From positions 4,712,001 to 4,776,000 of the forward strand of contig CM060731.1 in the NCBI GenBank assembly GCA_030704615.1: 64,000 bases of DNA, given 5' to 3'. The notes under the pieces were generated by a model. The model did no database searches. It saw only the letters and a list, made by a program, of their open reading frames with translations, and was not told where the DNA came from. Origin of the DNA: Takakia lepidozioides (Eukaryota > Plantae > Bryophyta). This document shows positions 26,171-39,900 of this stretch, in pieces. The translations under genes and the position numbers were made by a program. Each line of letters begins with the position of its first letter. The stretch's first letter is position 1.

Positions 26171-27701
26171 ATGAGTCACACATTGCAACGTGTGCCCGTG
26201 GGCTTCAGGTTTCATCCGACAGATGAGGAGTTGGTGGGCTACTATTTGCCAAAGAAATTGGCCGCAAAGAAAATCGACCTAGATCTTATCCGCGACCTCG
26301 ATCTATACAAGATGGAGCCGTGGGATCTCCACGGTATTCTAGAACGCACTCCTTTCTCCGCGAGTGAGCAGTGAGATAGTTGAGTCGATTGAGTTAAAAG
26401 TTCACATGAGAAAGAATGTCATATATGTCCAGAGAGTGTTTGTTATTTAGATACCAGAATACCAAATATGTACTATGGAAGGTTGTACAATTTGCTGCCC
26501 ATGCCCCTGCTTTCTTTAAGCACTAACTGAATCCATGGCATGTCGGTGGTGGTACAGAATTATGCAAGATCCAAGCAGATACCACAGAGAAACAAACGGA
26601 TTGGTACTTCTTCAGCCACAAAGACAAAAAATATCCAACGGGAAATCGTGCCAACCGGGCAACGGCCGCTGGCTTCTGGAAGGCAACTGGGCGTGACAAA
26701 CCCATCCACACAAAGCTGCAGGTGATTGGGATGCGCAAGACGCTGGTCTTTTACAAAGGGCGGGCACCCCATGGCACCAAAACTGATTGGATCATGCATG
26801 AGTTTCGCCTAGACGATGGCCCTGGCATGCCTGCCCATGTACGCTCTCAGACTGTTCGTAAACTATTTTTACCTGAGCTTGTGTGAGAGAATGGATTCTT
26901 GCGTAGGTAGCGAGGTGACACAGAGACAGTAACTTAGATCCTGATAGACACAAACGGGAGAGAATACTGAAATGCACGTAACAGGACAATCTAAGACATT
27001 TCGTCTCCTCTCCAGTCATGCTGTGAGCAACAAAGCTGAGCTCATTTCGTCACCGTGTCCATGATTTCTTGCAGGAGGACGGCGGCTGGGTGGTGTGCCG
27101 TGTGTTCAAAAAGACCAGAAACTTCAAGACCAAAGTCCAAGAGAGGGCGTGCTCCTTTGATGAACACATTGCCCTCCTGCGAGAACCGAACTCACCTGAG
27201 ATACACTCCGGTGATTGTGTTGGCGGAGACGGAGGCTATCTCTTCGCGAACAGCCTACTATTCCCGTGTAAGCAAGAGACAAATATGGATGAATACAATC
27301 CCTCCTCCGCTCCTTTCAAACCGCACTTGTCACAGCGTGCGATGCCCAGATTGGGAAGCAGTCACGTAATGCCACCGTCTTCTTCTTCAGAGTACAAAGG
27401 CCTACTGGATCGCAACGACAGCAAGACGGATGATTATTACCCAGAGTCTTTCACCTTGGAAAATCTTGTTGGTGAGTTGACGGAGTCTAGACCCAGTGTC
27501 ACCCATGAGGACGGGTTTCCAGGGTACGATGGAGTGGACTGGAGCCTCTATGAGGGTGCAGGGAAAGACATGCGGTTCCCAGCCACCTCAAGAGGAGACC
27601 AAGCATTAGGGGACGTCACCATTCTTGTTCAACTTAAAAGGCCAAACTCCGATTACTTCTCCAGCTGCGAGCAAGATCTCTGGAACTTCAGTCAGAAGTG
27701 A
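26171..27701 (+). CDS. VNS: NAC transcription factor, VNS (VND/NST/SMB) subfamily; exons 26171-26333, 26558-26838, 27075-27701
   Basis: [78 protein letters not shown] and C-terminal DLWNF; GT-AG introns in compatible phase. Confidence 0.93.
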
Positions 27702-28710
27702 TACGTCAAGTGCAGGGAACCTCACATACATTGTTCCCAGGCAGGTTTCATATGCACTGGGTTGTATTGGAACGAGGTGGGGGTGGGAGTGGGGGTGGGA
27801 GGTGGGAGAAGGTGGACGCAAGCTGCTGCAAAAAATTTCAGTGCTCATGGGAACTTGGAAGGTACAGGGTTGCCTGGCCATCAAGCAAGCTGGGTCCTCG
27901 GGTGGACAAAATCGCCACATTGCAGCTGATCCAGATGCATTTTGAAAGAGTGGCCTATTAGATGGTGACTAACGGCAAGCAAGAGAGAGAGCCGCGACAT
28001 AGATCCACTGCAAGGACTGGTACAACAAAATCAAGGGCTTCAATGAAATCAGATGCGGAAAACATTCTTCAGCTCTTTGCAGGAAAACAGCACAGCCAAA
28101 GGTGCAACCGATTCACTTATTGCTGCCAAAAAACTGACCAGGCAAAATGGAACCCACCAATTCAATTATCGAGTTTTATGTTAAGATATTCCATTGTCAT
28201 TAGATCCTGATTAAGCAGGAGGCCCAGTCCTAGTAGTCCTACTTTGCATTGCGCTTTGGTCAGGTGTGAAATGACCCGATTTCCTACAAGAAAAGAATCA
28301 TTTAAACTTTGAACAAATTTGAATAAAAATATTGATACTACACACAATTGACATGGTTTCACAGTGGCCACAACAGTCGATGCACCCATTTCTGGCACCT
28401 TATGACACATCAGATAGTTGAACAGTGATGATGATGTGTGCGAATGATCTAAACCCGGTTTCAGATTATCAAGTGGCTTCTCGCAGCTCTCCCAAAACTT
28501 TGCATAGCTGGTTTACCTGGACCAACAACCAGACTTTTGTTCAGATGGGTGTCAAAAGCCATATACCCCTCTATTTATCCAACTGCTTGATCAAATCACC
28601 CCCCATACTTGAAGGGCTGACAGTGCACCCACTTAATGAAGAGCTCTAGCCTCCGTGATTATTCCCTTCAGCTAGGTCTAGATCAGGTCAGATACTCAGC
28701 TTGAAAGGGA

Positions 28711-31700
28711 TTAATGAGGAGGAAGGGAAACCCTTTGGAATTCTCCAAAGAAAAAAAAGAAGAAAGTAATCCAACTGAGTGAACTTGTGCTTCTCGCTCT
28801 TACAGGCTTGCACAAAAAAGCCACCCACTTAACGGTGGAGGTGGCCTTCTGCTTCTCCAAAGCAAGCACCAGCACTCTCCGACTAGATTCAGCTATGGCA
28901 ATGTCTTTCTCAAGTAATGCTGCAGTGACTTTCTTTTCCTGTGCCTGCCAAATCCCGATGTATGTCAGGAGCAGATGTAGATATCAAAGTGAAGCCTTAT
29001 GGCCCTGCTACTATAACTGGGAAGAAAAGACAAAAGGGAGAAATGGAAACAAAGAAACTATATACCGTCCACTGGAGCTTATGGTACAAGGAGAAGAGAG
29101 GAAATAATGACAGTTGAGCCCCATAGAACCAGCCTCCACAACCATAAAAGTTTCGACTTTGCATGATTATCAGCATCGCATAGATTTGCCACAAGACATC
29201 TCTGCTCTTCTTTATGGGAAAACTTCTGTCAAAGAAATGCTGTCCCTAAAGGTGGCCACTTAATCCATTCGTTGGGACAACAGAAGAAGAGTTTGGTTTG
29301 GTTTGGTTTGTTGCAACCTGTCCCATCTGAATATTCCCAATGACCTTAGAAGAGATGACGATAAAAGACGTAGTCTGATTTTCTCAGAGGTTGAGAAAGG
29401 TGTGTGACCCTGCAGAACTGGGGTTTAGAGGAGGGGGGGGGGATCTGAACTTCAGGGCCACATGACAGGGATTTCCAGCTCTTGCTGTTTGTTCATGTCC
29501 TGTTTGGTCAAGATTTGCCCAACAGAGAAGAAATGAAATGAAATGGTACTTTAGAATCAGAAGCTCAAAGAGCTTATGGGACAAGAGAGAGAAAGAAAGA
29601 AACAAGAAGAGAGGGGCCACAAACAGCCCAAAAGTGACTAAAGATCAGTGGACTGTCTAAGAGTGAAAGCTTCATGAAGGTAGCATTTCTGCTCCTCGGA
29701 ATGGAAGACCTCCGTGATAGACTGGGTATTTCGGAATAGACAGTTGAATCTCCCATAGAAATATGAAAGAAGACAAGTACTCACTTTCAAGTTCCCTGTA
29801 GTTCAGAGGGAAAGCAGGCCATAGGTGGAAAGAATGTACTCATAAGATGTTATTTGCCGTAAATACCTTTTACCGGTAGTATGACTTACCTTGGAACAGA
29901 CAATTTACCCGCGTTTTCCAGATGTGCTCTAGAAATCCCTTAACAAGAAATCCCTTAACAAAAGCATCAATCGGCTGTGTGTGGTTTGCCAACTAACTAG
30001 GCCCCAAAAGGGCCTGAGCTTTTGGCTCAGCCTCGAGACTTTCAAAGTTGGTAAACAGGCACAATTCCCTTGATGGATTTGAATAGGACATCTCCCTGGT
30101 GAGAGTACCCAGTACAATTAACCAGAAAGTGAATATTGTCTTCAGGTTGCCCACACGATGGGCATAGTTGGAAATGAAATGAAATGAAAGGTGCTCTTTT
30201 TAGGTCCGCGGAAAGCTCATAGAGCTTATGGGAAAGAAAGGAACTCTACAACATGCAGGGGCAAGATTTGGTCGTCATACTGGAAAACTGCAGTCACAAG
30301 TGGGTGTTCAGAGGTAGTGACCTCTGTTTTCATAGCAGAGGGGAGGTAGTGCCTCTGTTCATAGCAGAGGGCCCAAAGGGGAAAAAGGATAGAAAACAGA
30401 AACAGAACCTAAGAACTACCGAAGAGAAATGAAATGAAATGGAACTTTATAACGTCCGCCGAAAGCTCAAAGAGGAATGGGGAGAAAAGGAAAGCAAGAA
30501 ACAGAGAAAGAATAAAAGACAGAGCAAAGCCAGAAAGAGAAGAGAAAAGCTTATTGCGTCCGTGCGAGATTCAAAGAGCCCAAGGGGCACCAGTAGAAGG
30601 AAACACTGGAATTACAGAGAGTGAAGAAAGAAGAGATAGAATATACTCATAAGCTGTGTTTGCCATAGCCTTGTGGCCATGGATCCGCACCCAGTTTAGG
30701 GAGAACAAAGAAAGAAGAGAGAGATATGAACTGGTACTTCATAACATCCGTGGAAAGCTCCAAGAGCTTATGGGACAAAATGGGAAAAAACCAGAGAGAG
30801 GAAACCAGAGAGAGAGAGAGATTGTAATCATAAGACATTGTTTGCCGTAGCATTGTGGCCATTGACCCCGCGCCCAGTTTGAACGGAACATAAAGGGACA
30901 GAAAACTACCTTTGTCAGGGGCTGACGCGGTAGTAGTATGATTTACCTTGGAATAAACAGTTGATCCGAGATTTCCAGATATCCTCCAGAAATCCCTTCA
31001 CACAAGCATCAATCTGATGTGTGTGATTTGCCCAATAGCTAGACCCCAAAAGGGCCTGGGCTTTTGGCTCAGCCTCCAGATTTTCAAAGTTGTTAAACAG
31101 AGGTACAGGCACAATTTCCTTGATGGAATTGAAGAGGGTGTCCCGTTGGTTAGAGTACCCAGGACAATGAATCAGGAAGTGAATATTGTCTTCAGGTTGC
31201 TCACACAACGGGCACTTACAATTTCGCTTTCCTCTCTGCGACTGTTGTTTTTTTCTTGTTCAAAGGTAGGCTACCTGCCCTGAGTTTGAATTTCAGTCTA
31301 GTTGCGAGGGTGGGTAGACCCTTGAGGCATCCATGATGGCCTCACCCATGTCACAGACTGGAAACAGGTTCAGGGAGTTTTCTGCCATTTCTTCATGTTC
31401 TTCAGACAATTTCCTGGCAATAGACATGGCTTCGGAAACTTCAGCTTCTAAGCCAGATTTATTCAGCAGGGTCATGGCTAGTGACTAAGATTCAGCTCCT
31501 TGAAATCTCTTTACCCTTTTCCGCCAGGATTAGCCTGTTTGACAGGGCGGTCCTGCTTCCAAGATATAGAGTCGATTAACTTAGGATAGCTGGTATTAGC
31601 CATACGTGCAGCTGACCCACCATCTGATTTTGAATTCATCGCGTCGGGAGCTTAAGGGATGGAGGAATGCCAAACAAACCCGTACAGCCACATTAGCTGT

Positions 31701-34700
31701 TTTGGAGCATGCTGACATGCCACTCCTTGAGCACCCCGACTTGGATGGATTCAAGAGACTTAGCCTGGTTGGAGTTATTTCAACCCATACAGCAGATGCA
31801 TACTCCAAGGCCGGCCTGATAACGCGGCAAAGCATGGTTTTTTTTGACGTCAGAGTTGATCCCTCTGCAGTGGAAAAATTTAGTGAGCCCCCCCCCAGCG
31901 CTTTGCGTTTGCTATTGAACCACTCTTTGAATATGTGTTCCCAATTACAGTTGGAGGAAAACTCAACACCAAGATACGTGTAGGAGGGGAGAGCAGGGAT
32001 CTCTTGGCTTCCCCACTGCCACTTGAGATCGCCTCCTCCTTCCCCCTGGTCGTTGAATGCCACCACTGCGCATATACTGACATTGGCCTCTAGCCCCAAA
32101 GATCAAAGTATCTCTTCGCGCAATCTATCAGCCCCTGGAGGTTGGAAGGAGTCTCCCCTAGCCTGCGAAGTCATCCGCAACATAAGGGCTGGTAATGGTG
32201 GCATCACCACCCTTAACCCAATCCCTCACTTTCCACATTCTCAGTATTGATTGATGAAAACATTGAAGAGCAGAGGGGAGAGGGTACATCCTTGAGCTAC
32301 ACCTTGGTCTATGTCAAAGAAATTAGACTTCTGTCCATTTACAGTGACACAGCTTTTAGTGTGAGCATACAAGTTATGGACCACTCTCCACATCTTTCCC
32401 TAAATCCCGGAAGACCAGAGTCGGAGCCATAGACCGTCTCTCCACACAATGTCATAGGCCTTTTTGACATCCAGGAAAAAGACAAAAGTAGGTTCCCTTC
32501 TTTTTTCCTTCCCTGGATAATCTGGCTGAGTGTGAAGATATGATCCCGCAGCCCCTGTTTCGCCGAAGCCAGCTTGGCCTTCATGAAACAACCTCTGGAC
32601 TCCAGATCAACCTCGAGACGAGTACTTATAACTCTGCAGAATATCTTGCCAACTGCATTAAGAGCGTGATGCCCCGTAGTTACCCGGCTCTTCTCTGTCA
32701 ACCTTTCTTATATAAATTGACAATGACCCCCTGCCGCCAGCGAAAGGGGTAATTTCAGTCCTCCATATAAGGTTAAAGAGAAGAACAAGGGCCTCTATCA
32801 TAGGGTCACCACCATGCTTGATAAGCTCATTGACAATGCCATCAGGGCCACCAGCTTTGTATCTGTTTAGATGCTCAATTGCTTCCGCAATCTCAGAGGA
32901 ACTAATGGGAGCGTTATAACCCTTGAAATATACTCCAGTTCATCAGGGCTGTCTTGAATCATAGACACAGTTCTTTCTACTGTGTCATTCCATTCTTCAA
33001 AAAACCCCTCGCTGCTAGAACTAGAATTTCTGCCAAGTGTACTGTAGTGGGTTTCAAAGGTGTTGACAATGTCAGCCGTTGAAGTCACCACAGGGGTCCT
33101 CAGTGCTTGTACTTGCTGACAATTTTTCGGCTTGTACAGATGTTGAAGGGCCAACCAGAATTTCTTGTCATTACCACCGTGGTGGTTTGAGTTTATTTCC
33201 CCGTATAACTTATCCCAATATAGTTTCTTCTGAGACCTTACCATTTTATTTGTTGTAACTCATAATCTGATTATATATATATATTAGAGAACAGGGACAG
33301 ACGTGGCCCTAGAAGCTTTATTATAAGTAAGGAAAAAATAACCTTACAAAAGCTATGGTGGCTGAATAAAGAGGTACCACTCGTAACCAATAAGTCTAGA
33401 AGGGAGGCACTAAGGAGAAGAGAAGAGAGCCAGAAAGAGATAGGACCTGAGCCACAGGTAATGAGCTGAACAACCAGAACAGAAGTAGAGCAGCCTAAAA
33501 TCTGAACTACCCAAGGCAGGAGATCAACCTGAAACACAAGGATCAATCTACCATGAGGAGCACCAAACTAGCTATCTATGAAAAGGAAATATCACAAAGC
33601 TTGGTCTTACCAGGCCATGTTTCAATCTCTGCCTGCTCAGCTGCACCGTGGTTCATGTTTCTCACAGACCAATCCGACATCACCTGACTATAGACACAAG
33701 ACTATAGACACACTATAGACACAATCCGACATCATTTTGGGTTGATGGTCGGTCAAATCCTCCATGGGTCATGACACAAGACCTGTCAAGGACACCTCGA
33801 GGAGTTGATTGATGAAAACATTGAAGAGCAGAGGGGAGAGAGTACATCCTTGAGCTACACCTTGGTCTATGTCAAAGAAGTTGGACTTCTGTCCGTTAAC
33901 AGTGACACAGCTTTTGGTGTGAGCATACAAGTTGTGGACAACTCTCCACATCTTTCCCTTGATCCCACAAGACCAGAGGCGGAACCATAGGCCATCTCTC
34001 CACACTGTGTCATAAGCCTTTTTGACATCCAGGAAAAAGACATAAGTGGGTTTCCCTTCTTTTTTCCTTCCCTGGATAATCTGGCTTAGAGTGAAGATAT
34101 GATCCACACAGCCCCTGTTTCGCCGAAAGCCAGCTTGGCCTTCGTGGAAACAACCTCTAGACTCCAGATCAACCTCGAGACGAGTACTTATAACTCTGCA
34201 GAATGTCTTGCCAACAGCATTGAGGAGCGTGATGCCACGGTAGTTCCCCGGTTCTTCTCTGTCACCCTTCTTGTATAGATTGACAATGACCCCCTGTCGC
34301 CAGCAAAAGGGGATCATTTCAGTCTTCAGATAAGGTTAAAGAGGAGAACCAGGGCCTCTATCATGGGATCGCCACCGTGCTTGATAAGCTCGTTGACAAT
34401 ACCATCAGGTCCACCAGCTTTATATCCGTTTAAATGTTCAATTGCATCCACAATCTCAGAAGAACTAATGGGAGCATTATAAGCCATTGAAATATACTCC
34501 AGTTCATCAGGGCTGTTTTGAATCATAGGAACAGTTTTTCCAACTGTGTCCCTCCATTCAGCAGAAGACCCCTCACTGTTAGACCTAGAAGTTCTGCCAA
34601 GGATACTGTAGTGAGTTTCAAAGGTTTGACAATGTCAACCGATGAAGTCACCACTGCACCTTTAGTAGTCTTCAGCGCTTGTACTTGCTGACCGTTTTTC

Positions 34701-36859
34701 GGCTTGTACAAACGTTGAAGGGCCAACCAGAATTTCTTGTCATTACCACCATGGTGGTTGAGTTTATTTCACTGTATAACTTGTCCCAGTATAATTTCTT
34801 CTGAGACCTAACAGCTGATTGATATCTTTACAGAGCTGGTAGTACCTCGCCCACAATTCTCTGTTGGTTTCCAAATTGCAGCACTCTTTATAGAGGGCTC
34901 GTCTCTCAGCTATCTTGAGTTTAATCTCATTAGTCCACCAATTAACTGCTCTACCGCAGACAATTAGTTTCCTCCCAATGATCTTGTCAGCCACGGAGGA
35001 AACAAAACTCTCCCAAGAGTCCACTGCGCTTTCGACTTCATTTCTTGCGTTAACAGAGCGTGACTGAAGTTCTTGGAGCGATTGGACAAAATGAGGGAGA
35101 GCCTCTTGCAAGGCCTGGACGTACTCAGCCTTGACCTCCTCATTGTGGAATTTTTCTATGCGCCACTTCCGAATCGAACGTTTCACAGATCTCTTGGTGG
35201 TGGGAAAACACCTTTTGATCTCAGTCCAAACCAGGAAGTGGTCAGAGGTACCAATATCAGTTCTGTCGATCAACACATTGGCACACTGGGGGAACAAAAT
35301 TTTGTCCATTATGATATAGTCCACAATGGAACGTTCCCCAGTTTGGGATTTCTCACGAGTCCACTGCACTTGGTCACCTCTTGTCCTGTTATTCAAGGTC
35401 AAAAGCTGAAGCTCTTCTAGACAGTTAATTAACCGTCTGCCATTTCCTCACCAAAAGGTCCAATGATATCGTCCTGATGGATCCCTTTGCCCACCCGAGC
35501 ATTGAGTCCCCCAATAGTACCACCTGACCTTTGGCAAGGCACGAAGCACAGTCCAGCTTTACATCTTCGAAGGCCTTGTCTGTGTCAGCACTAAGGGTCC
35601 CCTCTGTGGGCATGTAAACACAACCAACAAAGAGGTCCTTTGTACTCATGCCGCCCTTCAAATTCAGTTTTAGCCAGATACTATGCTCGTACCTCAAACC
35701 CTTGTTGATAATTTCACAATTGTCAAACAAGAAATCACGGACAAAGAATCCGACCCCTTTTTGACCGCGTTTGGCAGAGGCTGCCTTGAGAGTACACATC
35801 TTACCTGCCCATTTATAACCAATGACATCTCCAACCAGTTTATCCGACGTTTCCCATGTTTCTTGCCCAGCACAGATATGAATATCATTAGTCCGAAGAA
35901 CTTGTCCCACTTCAAGTTGTTTCCTTTGGTTGGTCAACCCTGAGAAGTTGAAAGTGGCCAGCCGCAAGCCAGCCCTTTGCGTGTGAATTGTTTGTCGTCT
36001 AGGTAGCTTGTGATTGCTCCTGGACGGCCAACCGTTCTGCAAAGGGGGGACAGTTACCCCATGTGTAGATTTTGCTCGTCTTGTGTAAACTTTGAGAATT
36101 GGTAAACCATTCAGGGTACCAAATCTTTCAGTTACACGACGCACAGGCTCCGCACACATAGGGGCAGATTGTCCGTCAGACTGCTTGGGGACAATTACCC
36201 CGTGTATAGATTTTGCTCGTCTTGTGTAGACTTTGAGGATTGGTAAACCATTTAGAGTACCAAATCCTTCAGTTACACGACGTTCAGGCTCTGCACACTT
36301 AGGGACAGATTGTCCATCTGACGGCTTGGGGACAATTACCCCGTGTATAGAATTTGTTCGTCTTGTGTAAACCTTGAGGATTGGTATACCATTCAGAGTA
36401 CCAAATCCTTCAGATTCAGGACGTTCAGGTTCCGTACACTTAGGGGCATCTTGTCCTTCTGGCTGTTTGGATTCAACCTCATCCAGAGCATCAAACCGAT
36501 TAGAAACTCTCAAGTTGAAGTTGTTGCCCTTGGTTGTCTTCCTAGAGCGCCCCATTGAATCACCAATGTCTAAGACCGCTCTCCAGCCAGTCAAGGGACG
36601 AACTTCTTTGAGATTGAATTGATGCGGGACTCTATTAGAAGCACTTTTGGTCATTGCAACCTTCAACGGACCCCTGTTATCAAGTCTCGAGATGGTACCA
36701 TTAGCCATGAAATCCAAGCCTAAGCTAGAGCATGTAGTTTTAAAGGACACATCGTCCATCCTGGGATTCACCCCAAAAACTACACATGAAGCCCCAGATT
36801 TGGCATAAGTAACCAATTCCCAGGGATCACCCTGAGGAGTGTTGAAGTTGATAGGAGCT

Positions 36860-36906
<47 letters not shown>

Positions 36907-39900
36907 GAGAGAATGAGAAATGAAATGAAATGGTGCTTTATAACGTCCGCGGAAAGCCCATAGAGCTTATGGGACAAAATGGAAGAAAACATGAGAGAGG
37001 AAACAAAACCAAAGCCAAGAATAAGAACTATTGCTCGAGTGATCGTCTAAGGGTGAAGGCCTCGTGCAGGTAAGCTGCCGAGCATTTCTGATCCTCATAG
37101 TGGAAGACTTCAGTGAGAGATTGGGTTCCACGGAATAAACAGTGGAAGAGAATGAAATGAAATGGTGCTTTATAACGTCCGCGGAAAGCTCATAGAGCTT
37201 ATGGGACAAAATGGAAGAAAACATGAACCACAATTAATGTTCTAGCGATTGTCTAAGGGTGAAGGCCTCGTGCAGGTAGGCTGCCAAGCATTTTTTATCC
37301 TCATAGTGGAAGACATCAGTGAGAGTTTGGGTTCCACTGAATAAACAGTGGAATCTCCCACGGATCTCGTAGTATAGAGGGCAGTAGAAGAAGAAGTGCT
37401 CTTCAGTTTCAATTTCCTTGCGGCGCCCTATGCAAGCTGGACATAGGCGGTCCTCCCGTTGCAGGTTTTCCCATCTGCCAGTCTCTATCCGTAGGTTGTG
37501 GGAACCCACCCTGAACCGCCCCAATGCCCTCAGGAGGGAAGGAGATAAGGGTGCTGAAAGGTAATTTGGTCTCAAGATTCTATCATCGCGGAGCACCAAG
37601 AATGTCTCTCGATAGAAGTGGAGCTTTGTCGTGAGATTGGGTAGCTTCCAAGTTCTCTTGACATGTAATTCCATAAGCTCTCTCCTAATGAGTCTGTTGC
37701 GGTCATGTCTGGATGTGATGTCCACCTCATCTGGATTCATTGGTAATAGGAAAGCAGTAGAAAGAAGAGAGAAATGAGAGAAAGTAACTTCATAACGTCC
37801 ACAGGGGGCCATACCCATCGGACAGGGTACAACAAAAGAAACGACCATTTCAGGGTGATGCCCTAAGACAAAGGGTCCCAATCAGGGAAGCCACACAGCA
37901 CTTCCGATCATCAAGGGAGAGCTAGGTTCAAATGCATTGCAAGAACTAGAAACAGATCACATCCATGGTCTTGGTATTTACAAACTGAGAACGCTTTGCA
38001 ACCTCAGCTTCTGCAACAGCCTCCTCCTTTCTCTGCACAAGGTATGTTTGTTACGACCAATCTGAACAAACCAACCACAAACCTCTCTTCCTGTATCCTC
38101 TTCTGCATGTACAATAATAGTGTGCCATAAGCTCTTTGGGGTTTTCATGAATGTCTCTTCGGATGTTATAAAGTACCATTTCATTGCATTTCTTCTCTGT
38201 CTCTTTACTTTGAGTTTCTTTCATGTGCTCTGTTGGTTCTCTGTTCTAGTTCTACTGAGTCCAATAGGCACATTCTGTGGATGTGCTTAAATTCCTGTCT
38301 TCTATTTGTCTCTCATTACTTGAGGTTCTCCACATTAGGGAATCACTCAGAAGCGAATTGTAGTGTTATGATAGCGGCACACTTTTGTGCTGTTTCCTCT
38401 TTTTCTGTCCTACAACCTCTTAGAGCTTTCCATGGACATTCTACATTTCATTTCTTTCTTTTTGTCCATGTTTGCGGTTTTTTATTTGATCTTTTGGATT
38501 TCTTCCTTAATTCTTTTGTGTCCTAAAGACCCACTGGGGGGCTTTCCTATTGACACAAACTGAGGAACTGGGATTTCAAATCATATGGTAGAAAACAAGA
38601 CTTCCACAGGCATTTGACAGCAGCACATGTACCATTAGACATGCATGTGTACACAGGGCTAGCTACTCACCTTCTGAGTCAGCTTCAGCTCCTGGAGAGC
38701 CTCATCACGTTCAACCACAATTGCTTTCTCCCTGGCCTCATAAAGGCTCTTCACACGGTTGATCTCGTCTTCCACATATCTGTCACTCACTACATTGTAA
38801 GCCTCAGATGACGTTGGATTTCCGGCTATTTCACACATGAAAACCAGAGAGGTTAGCCTCTAGTGATTCATGGTGTCATTTGAAGGTTTGCACTTTGCTA
38901 AGCAGGTGACACATCAGAAACCTACCATTATATTATTGGTAAATTCCAAAGGGCACCAGTAGTTAGGAGACCCCATAACCTTAGCATGGTGTCCATGTTA
39001 TTGACTTTCTGTTGAAGAGATTTGCACGTGTTTTCAGCAGCAGCTTTTGCACCCCGTGCAACTTTTAGTTGCAGCTCTAGGTCAGAGATAACGGAGTCTT
39101 GAGCTGCCAGCTCCGCCCGAAATGCCTGCCCCTGAACTCACAAGTTGGTATAAGCTGACATCATCACATGGAGGGTTCTTGGGGGAGGGTCAAGGGTGCC
39201 TGTGCACCCAATTGTGCAAATAGACAGGACCAAGTCAGTAAAGACATGCACTAAGGACCACCTTTGTGTCAGATGAAGTATCTTTTGTACAATAGTAATA
39301 GGTAAGACCCAATTTCAGAAGTAGGCAAACACCCCTAGTAGCGCCAAGTCGTTGCCCAAGCATTATTAGCCAGCTGCAGATTGCATTCAGCCCACCAGTG
39401 AAAGATATAGATTAAAATATCCACACCTGCTCAACCTCCTCTTGCAACCGACTCATCCAGTCAGCTTTAAGGGCTTTCGCAGTGGTTGCAGATCCACAAA
39501 CCGCATCCTTAGCTTCAGCAACCTCATTTTTGAGATGCCTGATGGTGTCATTCTGACTATCCAACATCTTGCTCTTCACCTGCATCAACTTTCTGTAGAC
39601 AATGGTCAGAGGTCTGAAAAAGAGAGAAAGACTCATAAACACAATGGCGGTCATAGCAAGACCACAGGTAACATAGTAGTCTTGCACTGGTGGTACATTG
39701 GGACACCATTAATAGCTTCAACGGTCTTTCACAAGCACCTCTTCTGGTTGGGTAACTAGGGATGATGTTGTGCATGTAGCCCCAATCACACCTTGAAGGA
39801 AAGATTCCTGTAGGGGTTCCAGATTTCCAGAGAAATGTAATGAAATGGTACTTCATATAACCGCGGAAAGCTCAAAGAGCCGAAGGGACAAGAGAAAGCA

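Noticed and set aside
39855-39885. Histone mRNA stem-loop (GGCTCTTTGAGCT on the minus strand)
   Set aside because: 3-nt loop instead of the canonical 4-nt loop, no histone gene nearby, and it is clearly a variant of the LINE tail
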